Below, piece by piece: positions 1 through 9,553 of a DNA stretch of 59,428 nucleotides. Under the pieces are notes generated by a model. The model was not told where the DNA came from. It ran no database searches and saw only the letters and a list, made by a program, of their open reading frames with translations. The translations under genes were made by a program, and so were the position numbers. The stretch lies in the IMG/VR virus record IMGVR_UViG_3300027787_000003, positions 1-59,428 of that record. One strand, written 5' to 3'. The stretch is from a virus (taxonomy: Duplodnaviria; Caudoviricetes). The first letter of the stretch is position 1. Every line of letters begins with the position of its first letter.

Positions 1-1
1 C

Positions 2-79
2 CCCGGCACCCGATCGCGGCCATTCCTGCGAAACGCCGCCGAGCGCGTCGTGGCCAGCGATCCCCGAGTACGTCGCTGA
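2..79 (+). CDS. 3' end of a head-tail/tail-completion (HK97 gp10-like) protein, truncated by the window edge
   Basis: Frame from base 2 reads PGTRSRPFLRNAAERVVASDPRVRR*. The PGT..RPFL..A motif is typical of this family, and it lies just upstream of the chaperone and tape measure genes. Confidence 0.55.
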   Translation, partial: PGTRSRPFLRNAAERVVASDPRVRR

Positions 80-132
80 GTTTCCCGACCTCGGTGGTAC
101 AGTCGCGCCTGAGACCTCGGGAAGGATTCACA

Positions 133-687
133 TTGGCTACGTTCAACGCCGACGGCACCGCCGAAGCTGCGCCCGCCTCCGAACAACTGGCTCCCCCGCC
201 TGACAACACCGACCACGCCGCCGTCGAGGCTGAGGCCGAGACCGAAGCGGTGATCGAAGCCCAGATCGCCGAGGCGGCGACCGACGACGACGTGCCCGAC
301 CCGCGCGTGGTCGAGCCTGAGGGACCGGGCACCACCATCGCCCTCGCCCCGAAGGTGGACATCAGCACCCTCGGCGAGGACTGGCCGTACGACTGGCTGG
401 AGTTCAAGGGCGACAAGCTCGGCATCCGGCTCCCGACGCGCCAGGCGCTCGCGGCGTTCTCCCTGGCCAGCTCGAAGTACGTCAGCCTCGGCGTGAAGAA
501 CGACCTGACCGGCCTGTTCATCGCGCGCCACCTCTCCCCCGAGAGCTACGGGCGCGTGTTCTCGCGGCTGATGGACCCCGACGAGAGCGACTACGACGTG
601 GACACCGTGGGCGAGCTGTTCAACGCGATCGTCATGGCGGCGGTCAACGCCGACAAGGTTGCTCCCAAGGGCGACGAGTCCAAGTAA
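133..687 (+). CDS. Tail assembly chaperone
   Basis: Acidic protein directly upstream of the tape measure gene. TTG start at 133 chosen because of the GGAAGG RBS at 120-125. Confidence 0.75.
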   Translation: MATFNADGTAEAAPASEQLAPPPDNTDHAAVEAEAETEAVIEAQIAEAATDDDVPDPRVVEPEGPGTTIALAPKVDISTLGEDWPYDWLEFKGDKLGIRLPTRQALAAFSLASSKYVSLGVKNDLTGLFIARHLSPESYGRVFSRLMDPDESDYDVDTVGELFNAIVMAAVNADKVAPKGDESK

Positions 688-715
688 TCGCAGCTCGATC
701 GGATAGCCTGACCGG

Positions 716-3700
716 GTGACCGATGTCGGAAAGGTACAGCTCGGCGTCGAGCTGGACGCCGACGATCTGGCAGCCCGGCTCGGCGAAGCGGTGCGGCGGG
801 CCATCGCGCCCGCGCTCGCTGAAATCAACCGCGAGCTGAACAAGGTCCAGCGCGAGTACGAAAAGACTGGCCGATCCGCCGAGAAGTCAGGCGCGGCCCA
901 GCGTGTCGCGATGGAAGCCGCCGAACAGGCGGTCCACAACCTCGGCGAGGAGCAGACCAAGGCGGCGCGCAAAACCGCCGCCGCTGGCGGGATCAGCACG
1001 CGCTCGATCAACGCCGTCACTCGCGCCCTCGACAAGCAGACCGCCGCCTGGGCAGCCAACACCGCCGCGCGCACGGCCAACGCCGCCGCGCCGACCGGCG
1101 GGCCACCGACCGGCGGCACCCGAGGCCCGCCAGGCGGCGGCGGTAGCTTCGACCGTCACCGTGGCGGGTTCATGCAGGGCGGCAAGGGCCGGTTCGGGTT
1201 CCTGACGTCGCCGCTGGGGATGAACGCCGTCGCGCTCGGCGTCGGGTCGCTCGGCCCGGCGCTGGCGGTCGTGACTGACCTGGTGGGCGGCGTCCAACAG
1301 CTCGCCGGGGCGGGCCTGGCGCTGCCGGGCATCTACGGCGCGGCGGGCGCGTCGATCCTGACCGCCGTCGCGGGCTTCAAGGGCATGGGCGATGCCGTCA
1401 AGGCGCTGAACGAGGCGGCGAAGTCGGGCGACCCAAAGGACTTGGAGAAAGCCACCGAGGCCATGAAGGACATGGACCCGGCGGCTCAGGCGGTCGCGAA
1501 AACGGTCTCGGGCCTGACCCGTGGACCGTTGCTCGACCTCCAGAAGATGATGGCCGGGCGCATGTTCGCCGGGTTCGACACCGACCTACAGAACACCGCC
1601 GACAAGGTGATCCCCCGGCTGAGCGGACGGCTGGGCGACCTCTCGACGGCGTGGAACGGCACGCTGAAGGCGCTCACCGGGGCGGCGCGCGACGACCGCA
1701 ACCTGAGCCTGCTCGACGGCATCCTGGGCGACACCGCCACGGCGCAGACCAAGATCAACGAACGGGTCGTAGCGCCGCTGACGCACGCCCTGCTCACGCT
1801 GACCAAGGGCGGGACCAACGTGCTGCCCCGGCTGGCCGACGGGCTGGCGGCGGGAGCCGAGCGGTTCGACAAGTTCATCACTCACGCCGCCGAGACCGGC
1901 AAGCTCGACAAGTGGATCAACGATGGCGTGACCGGGATGCGCCAGCTCGCCGAGAGCGGGATGAACCTGGTCAAGATCGTCATGGACATCACGCACGCCG
2001 CCGGGTCTGACCAGGGCGGGTTCCTGAGGTGGCTGGAGTCGGCCACCGACAAGCTCCACGACATCACCAGTTCGGCCTCGGGCCAGTCGGCGATGCGGAA
2101 GTTCTTCGATGACGCCCGCGAGATGGGCAAGGAGTGGCTGCCGATCCTGACCAACATCGGCAAGGCGCTGATCGAGGTCTACGAGGCCAGCCGCACCTGG
2201 ACCAACATCCTGTTGCCGTTCCTGAGGGTGGCGAGCGACCTGCTCACGGCGTTCCCTGGGCTGATCACCGCCGCCGGGGTCGCGCTGCTGGCGTGGAAAA
2301 CCTCCTCGATCTTCAAGCCGCTGATTAGCGGGCTGGACACCGTAATCGGCAAGCTCGGCACCGTCGCCCAGACCGCCGACCTCGCGCTGGGCAACACCCA
2401 GGCCGGGCGCGGCGGTATCTCAGGAGCGATGAGTCGCACCCAGCGCGGGCTGAACAAGCTCGGCGGCACTCGCGGCACGCTGGGCCTCGGCGGGCTGGCC
2501 GCTGGCACGGCGATGGAGGCGACCGCCGACGACACGACCGGCCAGGTGGTCGGCGCGCTGACAACGGTAGCGAGCGGTGCCCTGGCGGGGTCGGTGTTCG
2601 GCCCGGTCGGCACCGCCGTCGGCGCTGGCGTCGGCGCGGCGATCGCGGGCGTGACGTTCCTGCTCAGCGAGAACGCCAAGGAGGCCAAGGCGGCGGCGGA
2701 CGCCCAGGCGGCGTACCAGGCCAGCCTCGAACAGTCGCGCGAGGCGCTGCTGAATCTCCAGGGCGCTCAAAAGGAGGTGAACGACTCGCTGCTGGCGGCG
2801 AGCGGCAACCTCGCCGACCAGGGAGTCCAGCAGGGGATCGCGGCCAACCTCGAAGCCCTCCCCGAATCGCTCAAGGCCCACTACGGCGACAACGCCGCCA
2901 AGGGCTTCAGCGACTCCATCGCCAAGCTCGGCCTGAGCAATGCCGAGCTGGCGAACCAGCTCACCGCGAGCCAGCCGATATTCGACGCGCTCCAGACCAA
3001 CCTGCGGATGATGGGACCGGACGGCGCGTTCGCCGCCGACCAGCTACGCCAGCTTCGCGACCAGATCATGGGAGCCAGCCAGCAAGCGGCGGTGGCCGGG
3101 CCAGCGATGGCGACCCTCGCCGAGATTCTGCACACCGACGTCGCCGGGGCGGCGGCGACGGTTCGCACGGCGGTCCAGTCGATCCCCGAAAACGTCCCGA
3201 TCACGATGGACCTGCCCAACGCGGACGCGACAGTCGAGTTGCTGCGGTCGATGGGCTACCAGATCGACATTGTGGATGGTCGCGCGGTCGTCATCAACGC
3301 CGACGACCAGAAGGTGAAGGACGCCGACGCCGCGCTCGAAGCCCTCGGCGTCAAGATCACGCACCTCCCGACCGGCCAGATTCAGGTCGAGATTGACCAG
3401 GCCAAGCTCCAGGCCGCGCAGATGGACATGAACAACTTCTTCGTGCAGTACTCGAAGTTGCTCATCCAACCGACGGTGCAGCCCGCGCCGGGCCAGATGC
3501 CCGCGCCGGGCGTGGTCACCGGCCCGCCCGAAATCATGCCCGGCGTGCCGTTCCCTCAGCCGCCGCGCGCGACCGGCGGCGTGCTGCCGGGGTACTCGCC
3601 GGGGCGCGACAACATGCTGGTCCCGCTCGGCGGCGGCGAGGGCATCATCATCCCCGAGGCGATGCGCTGGCTGGGGAGCGACTGGCTCTACAACCTGAAC

Positions 3701-6700
3701 TCCAGCTTCCGAGGCGGCATCAGCCGCCAGGGCTACGCGGGCGGCGGCGTCCACATGGGGACCGGGCTGCCGCCTGGCCCGCTCGACCCCGACGCCAAGA
3801 ACCCGATGCTGACCACGCTGGAGGACATCCTGGCGGTGCTCCAGGGCCGGGGCGGGCCGATGACGCCGCTGAACATGACGGCGACCCAGACCCAGAAGAT
3901 GTCCGACGCGCTGATCGGCGGGCTGCCGGGGATGACGCCTGGCCGGATGGGACCGTTCGGCACCCCGATCAAGCCGCGCAACCGAGGCTACGAAATGGCC
4001 AGCGCGGCGCTTCAGGCGCTCGGCGCTGACCCCGAGAAGTGGATCGGACCCGATCCGGTCGAGTACTTCGGCAACGCCATCAAGGAACAGCTCGACCAGA
4101 CCCGCCAGGCGGCGGGGTCGAGCGGTGGCGTCCCTGGTGGAATGCCCGGCGCTCCGGTCGATTACGGCAAGGTCGCCGCCGCGCTGGTGAGCTTCGCCCA
4201 CACGGGCAACCTGGCCGACGTCGCGGGCATCGGCCTGAACGCGAACGATCCGGTCATCGGCGCGATCACCTCGGCGCGCAACAAGAAGGGCGGGCTGAGC
4301 GACGACGCCCTGGTAGAGCTGATCAATCAAATTGTCGGAGGCACAGGCTATTCCGGCGTGCTCGACACCCAGAACACCGCGATCGTCAAGAGCCTGACCA
4401 GGTTCCGCGAGCAGATGGACAAGAAGGGCGGCGTCCCCGGCGCGGCGATGGCCATGCCCGGCGCGGCCAACACGGGCGGGTACAACTTCGACGCCCTGGC
4501 CAAGCTCGAAGCGGGCGGCAACTGGTCGATCAACACCGGCAACGGGTATTTCGGTGGACTCCAGTTTGATCAGTCCACCTGGGACGCCTACAAGCCCGCC
4601 GGGTTCCCGGCGCGGGCCGACCTCGCCAGCCGCGAGCAGCAGATTCAGGTCGCGATGATCGCGATGCAGGCGCGCGGCGGGCCGGAATCGTTGTGGCCTC
4701 AGAACTACTCGGCGCTCGGCCAGCCCGGCGCGACCAACGTCACCGGGGCGAACCTGCCCGGCGTGACCCAGGCGCGGGCCTCGGCGGTCAAGGGCAGCAA
4801 GGCCGGGCTTCAGCCAGCGGCGGCGAACCTGTTCGACGTGATCAGCCAGTACTTCCCGCAGATCGGCGAGATTGGCGGCGTGCGCCAGGACAGCCTGCCG
4901 TACCACCCGAGCGGGCGGGCGCTCGACATTATGATCCCCGGCGCGGGCGGGCTGAACGACCCGACGCCGCCGGGCGCGAAGGCCCTCGGGGACTCGATCT
5001 ACCAGTTCTTGATGACCAACGCGAGCGCCCTGGGCATCGACACCAGCGGCACCCTCTGGCAGCAAAAGGACCACTTCAACCACATCCACGCCCAGCTCAT
5101 CGACGGCATCGACCAGTTCACGAACGCGGGTCTCAGCGCCGCGCCGGGCGGGCTGGGCGGCGCGACCAGTGGCAGCGGGACGCCCGTGTTCGTCACGAAC
5201 TGGCCGGGCGGCGGCGGGGCGGGGATGCCGCCGGGCGTGAGCGCGCTTCTCGGCGGGCTGACCCAGGGAGGCCAGGAGGCGGCGGGCAACGTCGTCGGCG
5301 ACATCGGCGCGGCGCTCAGCGGCGCGGTCAACCCGAGCGAGGGCCAGCCGAACGCCGCCCTGGGAGACCTGATCCAACAGCGCAACCCGATGGCGCTCGC
5401 CGCCGCGCTGGGCCTCAACGTGCCCGACTTCACCCGCGAGGGCGGCGCGGGCGCTGACGCGATCACCCAGGCGGGCGGGTTCGACGCCCAGGGCCGACTG
5501 TTCAGCGACACCGCCGGGCTGCTCGACCGGACGTTCACCACCCTGGCGACCCAGCTTCAGGCGATGCGCGACCAGATCGTGAGCGTCATCGACCAGGTAG
5601 TGGACAAGCTGAACGACGACGCCCTGACCCCGGTCGTGAAGGCGGGCGTCCAGAGCGCCCTCGAAGGGCTGAAGGAATCGGTCTCGAACCAGATCGGCAC
5701 GGCGATGGGCAACGCCGCCGCCCCGCCGATCGCCGACGCGGTGAGCAGCGCGGTCAGCTCGCTCCCGATCGACCAGAGCGGCGCGGGCAACACCGGCAAC
5801 AACGCCGCCAGCCTCGGCCAGAACGCCCTGGGAGCCATCGCGGGCGGGTTCGCTACCGGCGGTCTGGTCTGGGGCGGCATCCCCGGTCGCGACACGGTGC
5901 CGCTGCTGGCTCAACAGGGCGAGTTCGTGCTGGACACGGGCGACGTCGCGCGCATGGGCGGACCGAAGGGCGTCGAGGCGTTCCGCCGGGCGCTGGAGCG
6001 CGGCGGCGGCATCCGCCACTTCGCCACGGGCGGCGGCGTCAACGTGAACGATGTCGTGGGCGCGGAGTTCTTCGGCGTGAGCGAGGTGCCGATCATCTCC
6101 ACGATCGTCAACCTGCTCGTCCGCGTGCTGCTCAAGGTGATCGGCGTCGAAATCGAGGCCCGCGACACGCTGGCCGAGATGACCGGCGAGTTCCGTACCT
6201 TCCGAGGTGACGCCTTCAAGGCGTTCGACGCTCAGGGCCGACTGCTGAACGACACCTCGGCGCTGATCGAGCGGTCGTCCACCAGCGAGGAGACCGCCGC
6301 CGCCGAGCGCATCCGCATCCTCAAGATCGTCATTCAGGCGATCATCAAGTACCTGATCGAAAAGGTCATCGTCCCGATTATGAAGGCGGTCGCCAACAGC
6401 GCGATCCAGGCCGGGGCGAGCGCGGCGGGCGCGGCGGTCAACACCCAGGCTCCCGGCGCTGGCGGCATCGTGTCGAGCTTGATCAGCTCGGCGGGCCAGG
6501 CGGGCGTGGACATCGCCGCCGAGGTCGGCACCGACTTCGCCCTGGCGATCAGCCAGACCCTTATCGACATGGTGGCCGAGGGCCTGGTGAGCCAGTTCCC
6601 CGACATGATGACCGGCATTTTCGGCGGCGCTGGGCTGGCGGCGCTGTTCGACCCGCTGGGCGGCGGGCTGGGCAACGTGCTCGGCGCGCTGCTGGGCATC

Positions 6701-7015
6701 TTCACCGGCCTGGTCGGGTTCGGCGCGCTGGGCGGCGCGTCAACGATGATCCCAGGGGACGCGCTGCTGGGCGGCACACTGTTCGATGACGGCGGCATGG
6801 CCGAGGGCGTCGGCTGGCTCCCCAAGGGCACCGAGGAGCCAGAACTGGTCCTCAGCCCGACCGAGACCAACATCTTCAGCCGGTTCGTCGCCGCGCTCGA
6901 ACGGGGCGGGTTCGGCGGTGGCGGCAACCGAACGGTCAACGCTCCAATTACAGTGATCGGTGGGCGCGAGACCGCCGCCCAGGTCGAGGACCGGCTGCTC
7001 AGGATGATGCCGTAG
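716..7015 (+). CDS. Tape measure protein with internal Rpf-like transglycosylase and peptidase-like motifs
   Basis: 2099 aa, Ala/Gly-rich, longest ORF, positioned between chaperone and minor tail genes. Contains EAGGNWSINTGNGYFGGLQFDQSTW and YHPSGRALDIM..HFNHIH. Confidence 0.95.
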   Translation: MTDVGKVQLGVELDADDLAARLGEAVRRAIAPALAEINRELNKVQREYEKTGRSAEKSGAAQRVAMEAAEQAVHNLGEEQTKAARKTAAAGGISTRSINAVTRALDKQTAAWAANTAARTANAAAPTGGPPTGGTRGPPGGGGSFDRHRGGFMQGGKGRFGFLTSPLGMNAVALGVGSLGPALAVVTDLVGGVQQLAGAGLALPGIYGAAGASILTAVAGFKGMGDAVKALNEAAKSGDPKDLEKATEAMKDMDPAAQAVAKTVSGLTRGPLLDLQKMMAGRMFAGFDTDLQNTADKVIPRLSGRLGDLSTAWNGTLKALTGAARDDRNLSLLDGILGDTATAQTKINERVVAPLTHALLTLTKGGTNVLPRLADGLAAGAERFDKFITHAAETGKLDKWINDGVTGMRQLAESGMNLVKIVMDITHAAGSDQGGFLRWLESATDKLHDITSSASGQSAMRKFFDDAREMGKEWLPILTNIGKALIEVYEASRTWTNILLPFLRVASDLLTAFPGLITAAGVALLAWKTSSIFKPLISGLDTVIGKLGTVAQTADLALGNTQAGRGGISGAMSRTQRGLNKLGGTRGTLGLGGLAAGTAMEATADDTTGQVVGALTTVASGALAGSVFGPVGTAVGAGVGAAIAGVTFLLSENAKEAKAAADAQAAYQASLEQSREALLNLQGAQKEVNDSLLAASGNLADQGVQQGIAANLEALPESLKAHYGDNAAKGFSDSIAKLGLSNAELANQLTASQPIFDALQTNLRMMGPDGAFAADQLRQLRDQIMGASQQAAVAGPAMATLAEILHTDVAGAAATVRTAVQSIPENVPITMDLPNADATVELLRSMGYQIDIVDGRAVVINADDQKVKDADAALEALGVKITHLPTGQIQVEIDQAKLQAAQMDMNNFFVQYSKLLIQPTVQPAPGQMPAPGVVTGPPEIMPGVPFPQPPRATGGVLPGYSPGRDNMLVPLGGGEGIIIPEAMRWLGSDWLYNLNSSFRGGISRQGYAGGGVHMGTGLPPGPLDPDAKNPMLTTLEDILAVLQGRGGPMTPLNMTATQTQKMSDALIGGLPGMTPGRMGPFGTPIKPRNRGYEMASAALQALGADPEKWIGPDPVEYFGNAIKEQLDQTRQAAGSSGGVPGGMPGAPVDYGKVAAALVSFAHTGNLADVAGIGLNANDPVIGAITSARNKKGGLSDDALVELINQIVGGTGYSGVLDTQNTAIVKSLTRFREQMDKKGGVPGAAMAMPGAANTGGYNFDALAKLEAGGNWSINTGNGYFGGLQFDQSTWDAYKPAGFPARADLASREQQIQVAMIAMQARGGPESLWPQNYSALGQPGATNVTGANLPGVTQARASAVKGSKAGLQPAAANLFDVISQYFPQIGEIGGVRQDSLPYHPSGRALDIMIPGAGGLNDPTPPGAKALGDSIYQFLMTNASALGIDTSGTLWQQKDHFNHIHAQLIDGIDQFTNAGLSAAPGGLGGATSGSGTPVFVTNWPGGGGAGMPPGVSALLGGLTQGGQEAAGNVVGDIGAALSGAVNPSEGQPNAALGDLIQQRNPMALAAALGLNVPDFTREGGAGADAITQAGGFDAQGRLFSDTAGLLDRTFTTLATQLQAMRDQIVSVIDQVVDKLNDDALTPVVKAGVQSALEGLKESVSNQIGTAMGNAAAPPIADAVSSAVSSLPIDQSGAGNTGNNAASLGQNALGAIAGGFATGGLVWGGIPGRDTVPLLAQQGEFVLDTGDVARMGGPKGVEAFRRALERGGGIRHFATGGGVNVNDVVGAEFFGVSEVPIISTIVNLLVRVLLKVIGVEIEARDTLAEMTGEFRTFRGDAFKAFDAQGRLLNDTSALIERSSTSEETAAAERIRILKIVIQAIIKYLIEKVIVPIMKAVANSAIQAGASAAGAAVNTQAPGAGGIVSSLISSAGQAGVDIAAEVGTDFALAISQTLIDMVAEGLVSQFPDMMTGIFGGAGLAALFDPLGGGLGNVLGALLGIFTGLVGFGALGGASTMIPGDALLGGTLFDDGGMAEGVGWLPKGTEEPELVLSPTETNIFSRFVAALERGGFGGGGNRTVNAPITVIGGRETAAQVEDRLLRMMP

Positions 7016-7025
7016 AGGAGGGCGC

Positions 7026-8459
7026 GTGGCGTTTCGTGGCTACTTCGCGCTGAATGGCACCGAGATTGCCAACAGCAGCCGCGTCGTGGCGCATGTGGGC
7101 GCTGACACGCCGACAAGCGACATCGGCCTTCTCAGGGCAAATGAGAACTGCTCTCCGACCCCGATAGCGCCGGGGCGGCTGCTCGGTCAGCCGACCGATA
7201 CCCAGGTGGCCATCGCGCCGGGTCGGCTTCTCGGGACCATCCCCGACGGCACGCGGCTCTACGGGCCGGGCCTCGGCGTGATCGGCGACTGCTGGACGCC
7301 CGACAACCTGTGCTTCGGGTGCCGGGAGATGATCGGCTACGACGACTCCTGGGAGGGCCTGGCGGCGTTCCTGAGCGACCCGCTGTACCGGCCCGAGCTG
7401 GCTCCCTGGTACACCACCCGCGTCCCCGAGAGCGCCGAGTTCGGCGGGGTCTGGGTGATGGACGTCAAGGGCCTCGACACCACGCCCGGCGAGCGCCAGG
7501 TAACCGAAATGGCCGGGGACGGCGGCGCGGCTGGCCCGTACCGCGACACCAGCCGCAAGGTCACCTTCGACGCGGTGCTGATCGCGTGCTCGAACGCGGG
7601 CCTGACCTATGGCCTCCAGTGGCTCAACTGCCAGCTCCGCGAGACCACGACACGCTCGGACTCGACGCTGCGATTCATGGCGGCTCACCCGAGCGGGTCC
7701 GCCGCCGACCCGGCCAGCCTGGTCCGCGAGGTCCACGGCGTCGTGCTGACTCAAGAGGTCCAGATTCAGGACGCGATCAACGCGGGCCACGGCGAGAACC
7801 GCCAGGCGACGATGTACCGCGTCACCTGGGAGCTGACCGTCACCCGCCCGCACGCCTATCACCCGCCGATCGACCTCGACGTGGCCTGGGACACGATCGC
7901 CGTCGAGCCGATCAAGTGGGTTCACGCCGCCGACTGCACGGTGCCCGAGAGCTGCGTGGACATGCCGGTGCTGTACTCGACTGAGTGCGTCCCCGAGCGC
8001 ATCGACGTCGTGACGTCGCCGCCGCCGAGCTGTGGCGGATGTCTGCCGGTCTGCGCGGTGGTCACTCACGTCTACGAGGTGCCGACGTTCGACTATCCGC
8101 TGCGGTGCGCTCAGACCGTGGCCACGCTGCGGATCAAGAACAACGCCGTGCGAGGGCTGACGCTGCGCGGCTACTGGCGGCGGTGCAACGCCCTGGCGGG
8201 CTGCGACGATGAACGCTTCCCGTTCCAGGTGGCCGGGCTGCCGCCGACGGCTGAGCTGGTGCTGGACGGGATCAGCAAGACCTACTGGGCCAACTACGGC
8301 GGGCGGAAGCGCCGCCCGTGGGGCATCGTCGGCACGCCCAACGGCTCGCCGTGGCGACCGGCGATCATCGACCGCGCGCTGTGCTGGGAGCTGGTGATCG
8401 TCGCCGACAACGATGCCGACTTCGACGTGAGCCTGAGCCTGGCCGACCGGGAGGCGTAG
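7026..8459 (+). CDS. Minor tail protein (distal-tail-like)
   Basis: First gene after the tape measure, GAGGAG RBS, 477 aa, Cys-rich. Confidence 0.8.
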   Translation: MAFRGYFALNGTEIANSSRVVAHVGADTPTSDIGLLRANENCSPTPIAPGRLLGQPTDTQVAIAPGRLLGTIPDGTRLYGPGLGVIGDCWTPDNLCFGCREMIGYDDSWEGLAAFLSDPLYRPELAPWYTTRVPESAEFGGVWVMDVKGLDTTPGERQVTEMAGDGGAAGPYRDTSRKVTFDAVLIACSNAGLTYGLQWLNCQLRETTTRSDSTLRFMAAHPSGSAADPASLVREVHGVVLTQEVQIQDAINAGHGENRQATMYRVTWELTVTRPHAYHPPIDLDVAWDTIAVEPIKWVHAADCTVPESCVDMPVLYSTECVPERIDVVTSPPPSCGGCLPVCAVVTHVYEVPTFDYPLRCAQTVATLRIKNNAVRGLTLRGYWRRCNALAGCDDERFPFQVAGLPPTAELVLDGISKTYWANYGGRKRRPWGIVGTPNGSPWRPAIIDRALCWELVIVADNDADFDVSLSLADREA

Positions 8460-8461
8460 CC

Positions 8462-9553
8462 GTGACGGTCGTGACCGATCAGCAGTTCGTCAGCATCCAC
8501 ACCGCCGACGGCGTGACGATGTACCAGTTCGCGCCCGAGCAGTACACCGACCTGAGCTGGACGCGCCGCCAGCGTGACGCCAGCCAGTGCGACATCACGA
8601 TCCCGCCGACGGTGGACCTCGACCGGCTGCCGACGATCTATCCCTGGGTCCATTGGCTCTCGGTCTGGGATGGCGTGACCGACCGGCTGCTGTGGACCGG
8701 CCCGGCGATGAAGCCGACCAAGAACCGCGCGGGCCTGAGGATCAACGCCAAGGACCACGCCGCGTATCACCAGAAAACCCGCGTGGCCATCACGAAGCGG
8801 TGGGACGCCGCCGACCCGAGCAAGCCCGCCGGGGAGCTGTGGCAGTCGATGATCGCCGCCCAGGGATTGAACTCGCGCCCGATCGTGCGCGTGGACCCCG
8901 AGGGCGATCGTTTCGACTACCAGGTGATCGCCGACGAACAGATGACCGATCAGGCCCTCGGAGACCTGGTGCAGCTTGGGCTGCGGTGGTCGGTTGTGGC
9001 GGGCGTGCCGATCATCGGGCCGGTCGGCCTCGATGCCGTTGCTTCGCTCTCCGAGGACGACTTCCTCGGCGACGGCGTGGACCTGGTAACCGACGGCTCG
9101 GCGATCGTGAACGACGTGCTGGTGCGCGGCCAGGGAAACGAGGCCCGCGCGCGGACGAACTACTTCGGCCAGAACCTCCAGAGCATCGCCAACCTCGACC
9201 ACCTCAGCGACGTATCGAACGTCGCCAAGGCGGCGAAGCAGTTCGTCCGCAACACGGGCACGGTGCGGACGCGGCTCGACGTCCCCGGCGGGACCGAGCT
9301 GCACCCCGACGCGCCCGTGGACATTGACGACCTGATGACCTCGGCGCGGTTCGTCATCGAGGCCCAGGGCATCAAAGAGCTGATGGAGCTGACCGACGTC
9401 AGCGTGAGCCGCGCCCAGGGCCGGGCGTCGGTCAGCGTGACGATGAAGGCGCTGCCCGACCGCGACACCGAGGGCCACCTGATCGAGCTGGCCGACGTCG
9501 AGAGCAAGAAGCAGCCGGTGATGACGCTCGGCGGTCAGGCGGGCCGGGGATGA
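8462..9553 (+). CDS. Minor tail protein (baseplate hub-like)
   Basis: Synteny. GTG at 8462 follows the previous stop and a GGAGG RBS. Confidence 0.8.
   Translation: MTVVTDQQFVSIHTADGVTMYQFAPEQYTDLSWTRRQRDASQCDITIPPTVDLDRLPTIYPWVHWLSVWDGVTDRLLWTGPAMKPTKNRAGLRINAKDHAAYHQKTRVAITKRWDAADPSKPAGELWQSMIAAQGLNSRPIVRVDPEGDRFDYQVIADEQMTDQALGDLVQLGLRWSVVAGVPIIGPVGLDAVASLSEDDFLGDGVDLVTDGSAIVNDVLVRGQGNEARARTNYFGQNLQSIANLDHLSDVSNVAKAAKQFVRNTGTVRTRLDVPGGTELHPDAPVDIDDLMTSARFVIEAQGIKELMELTDVSVSRAQGRASVSVTMKALPDRDTEGHLIELADVESKKQPVMTLGGQAGRG

Noticed and set aside
640-716. Programmed -1 frameshift in the tail assembly chaperone
   Set aside because: No slippery heptamer seen, and only 28 nt separate the stop from the tape measure start.
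3044-6019. 991-aa - strand ORF and other long shadow ORFs (e.g. 27063-29030 +, 33528-35024 +, 57325-58650 -)
   Set aside because: Antisense to clearly identified genes. They arise from stop-codon scarcity in high-GC DNA and show no motifs or RBS.
7163-7237. Duplicated IAPGRLLG peptide in the first minor tail protein
   Set aside because: A real two-copy repeat, but short and diverged at the DNA level, with no evidence of a diversity-generating mechanism.
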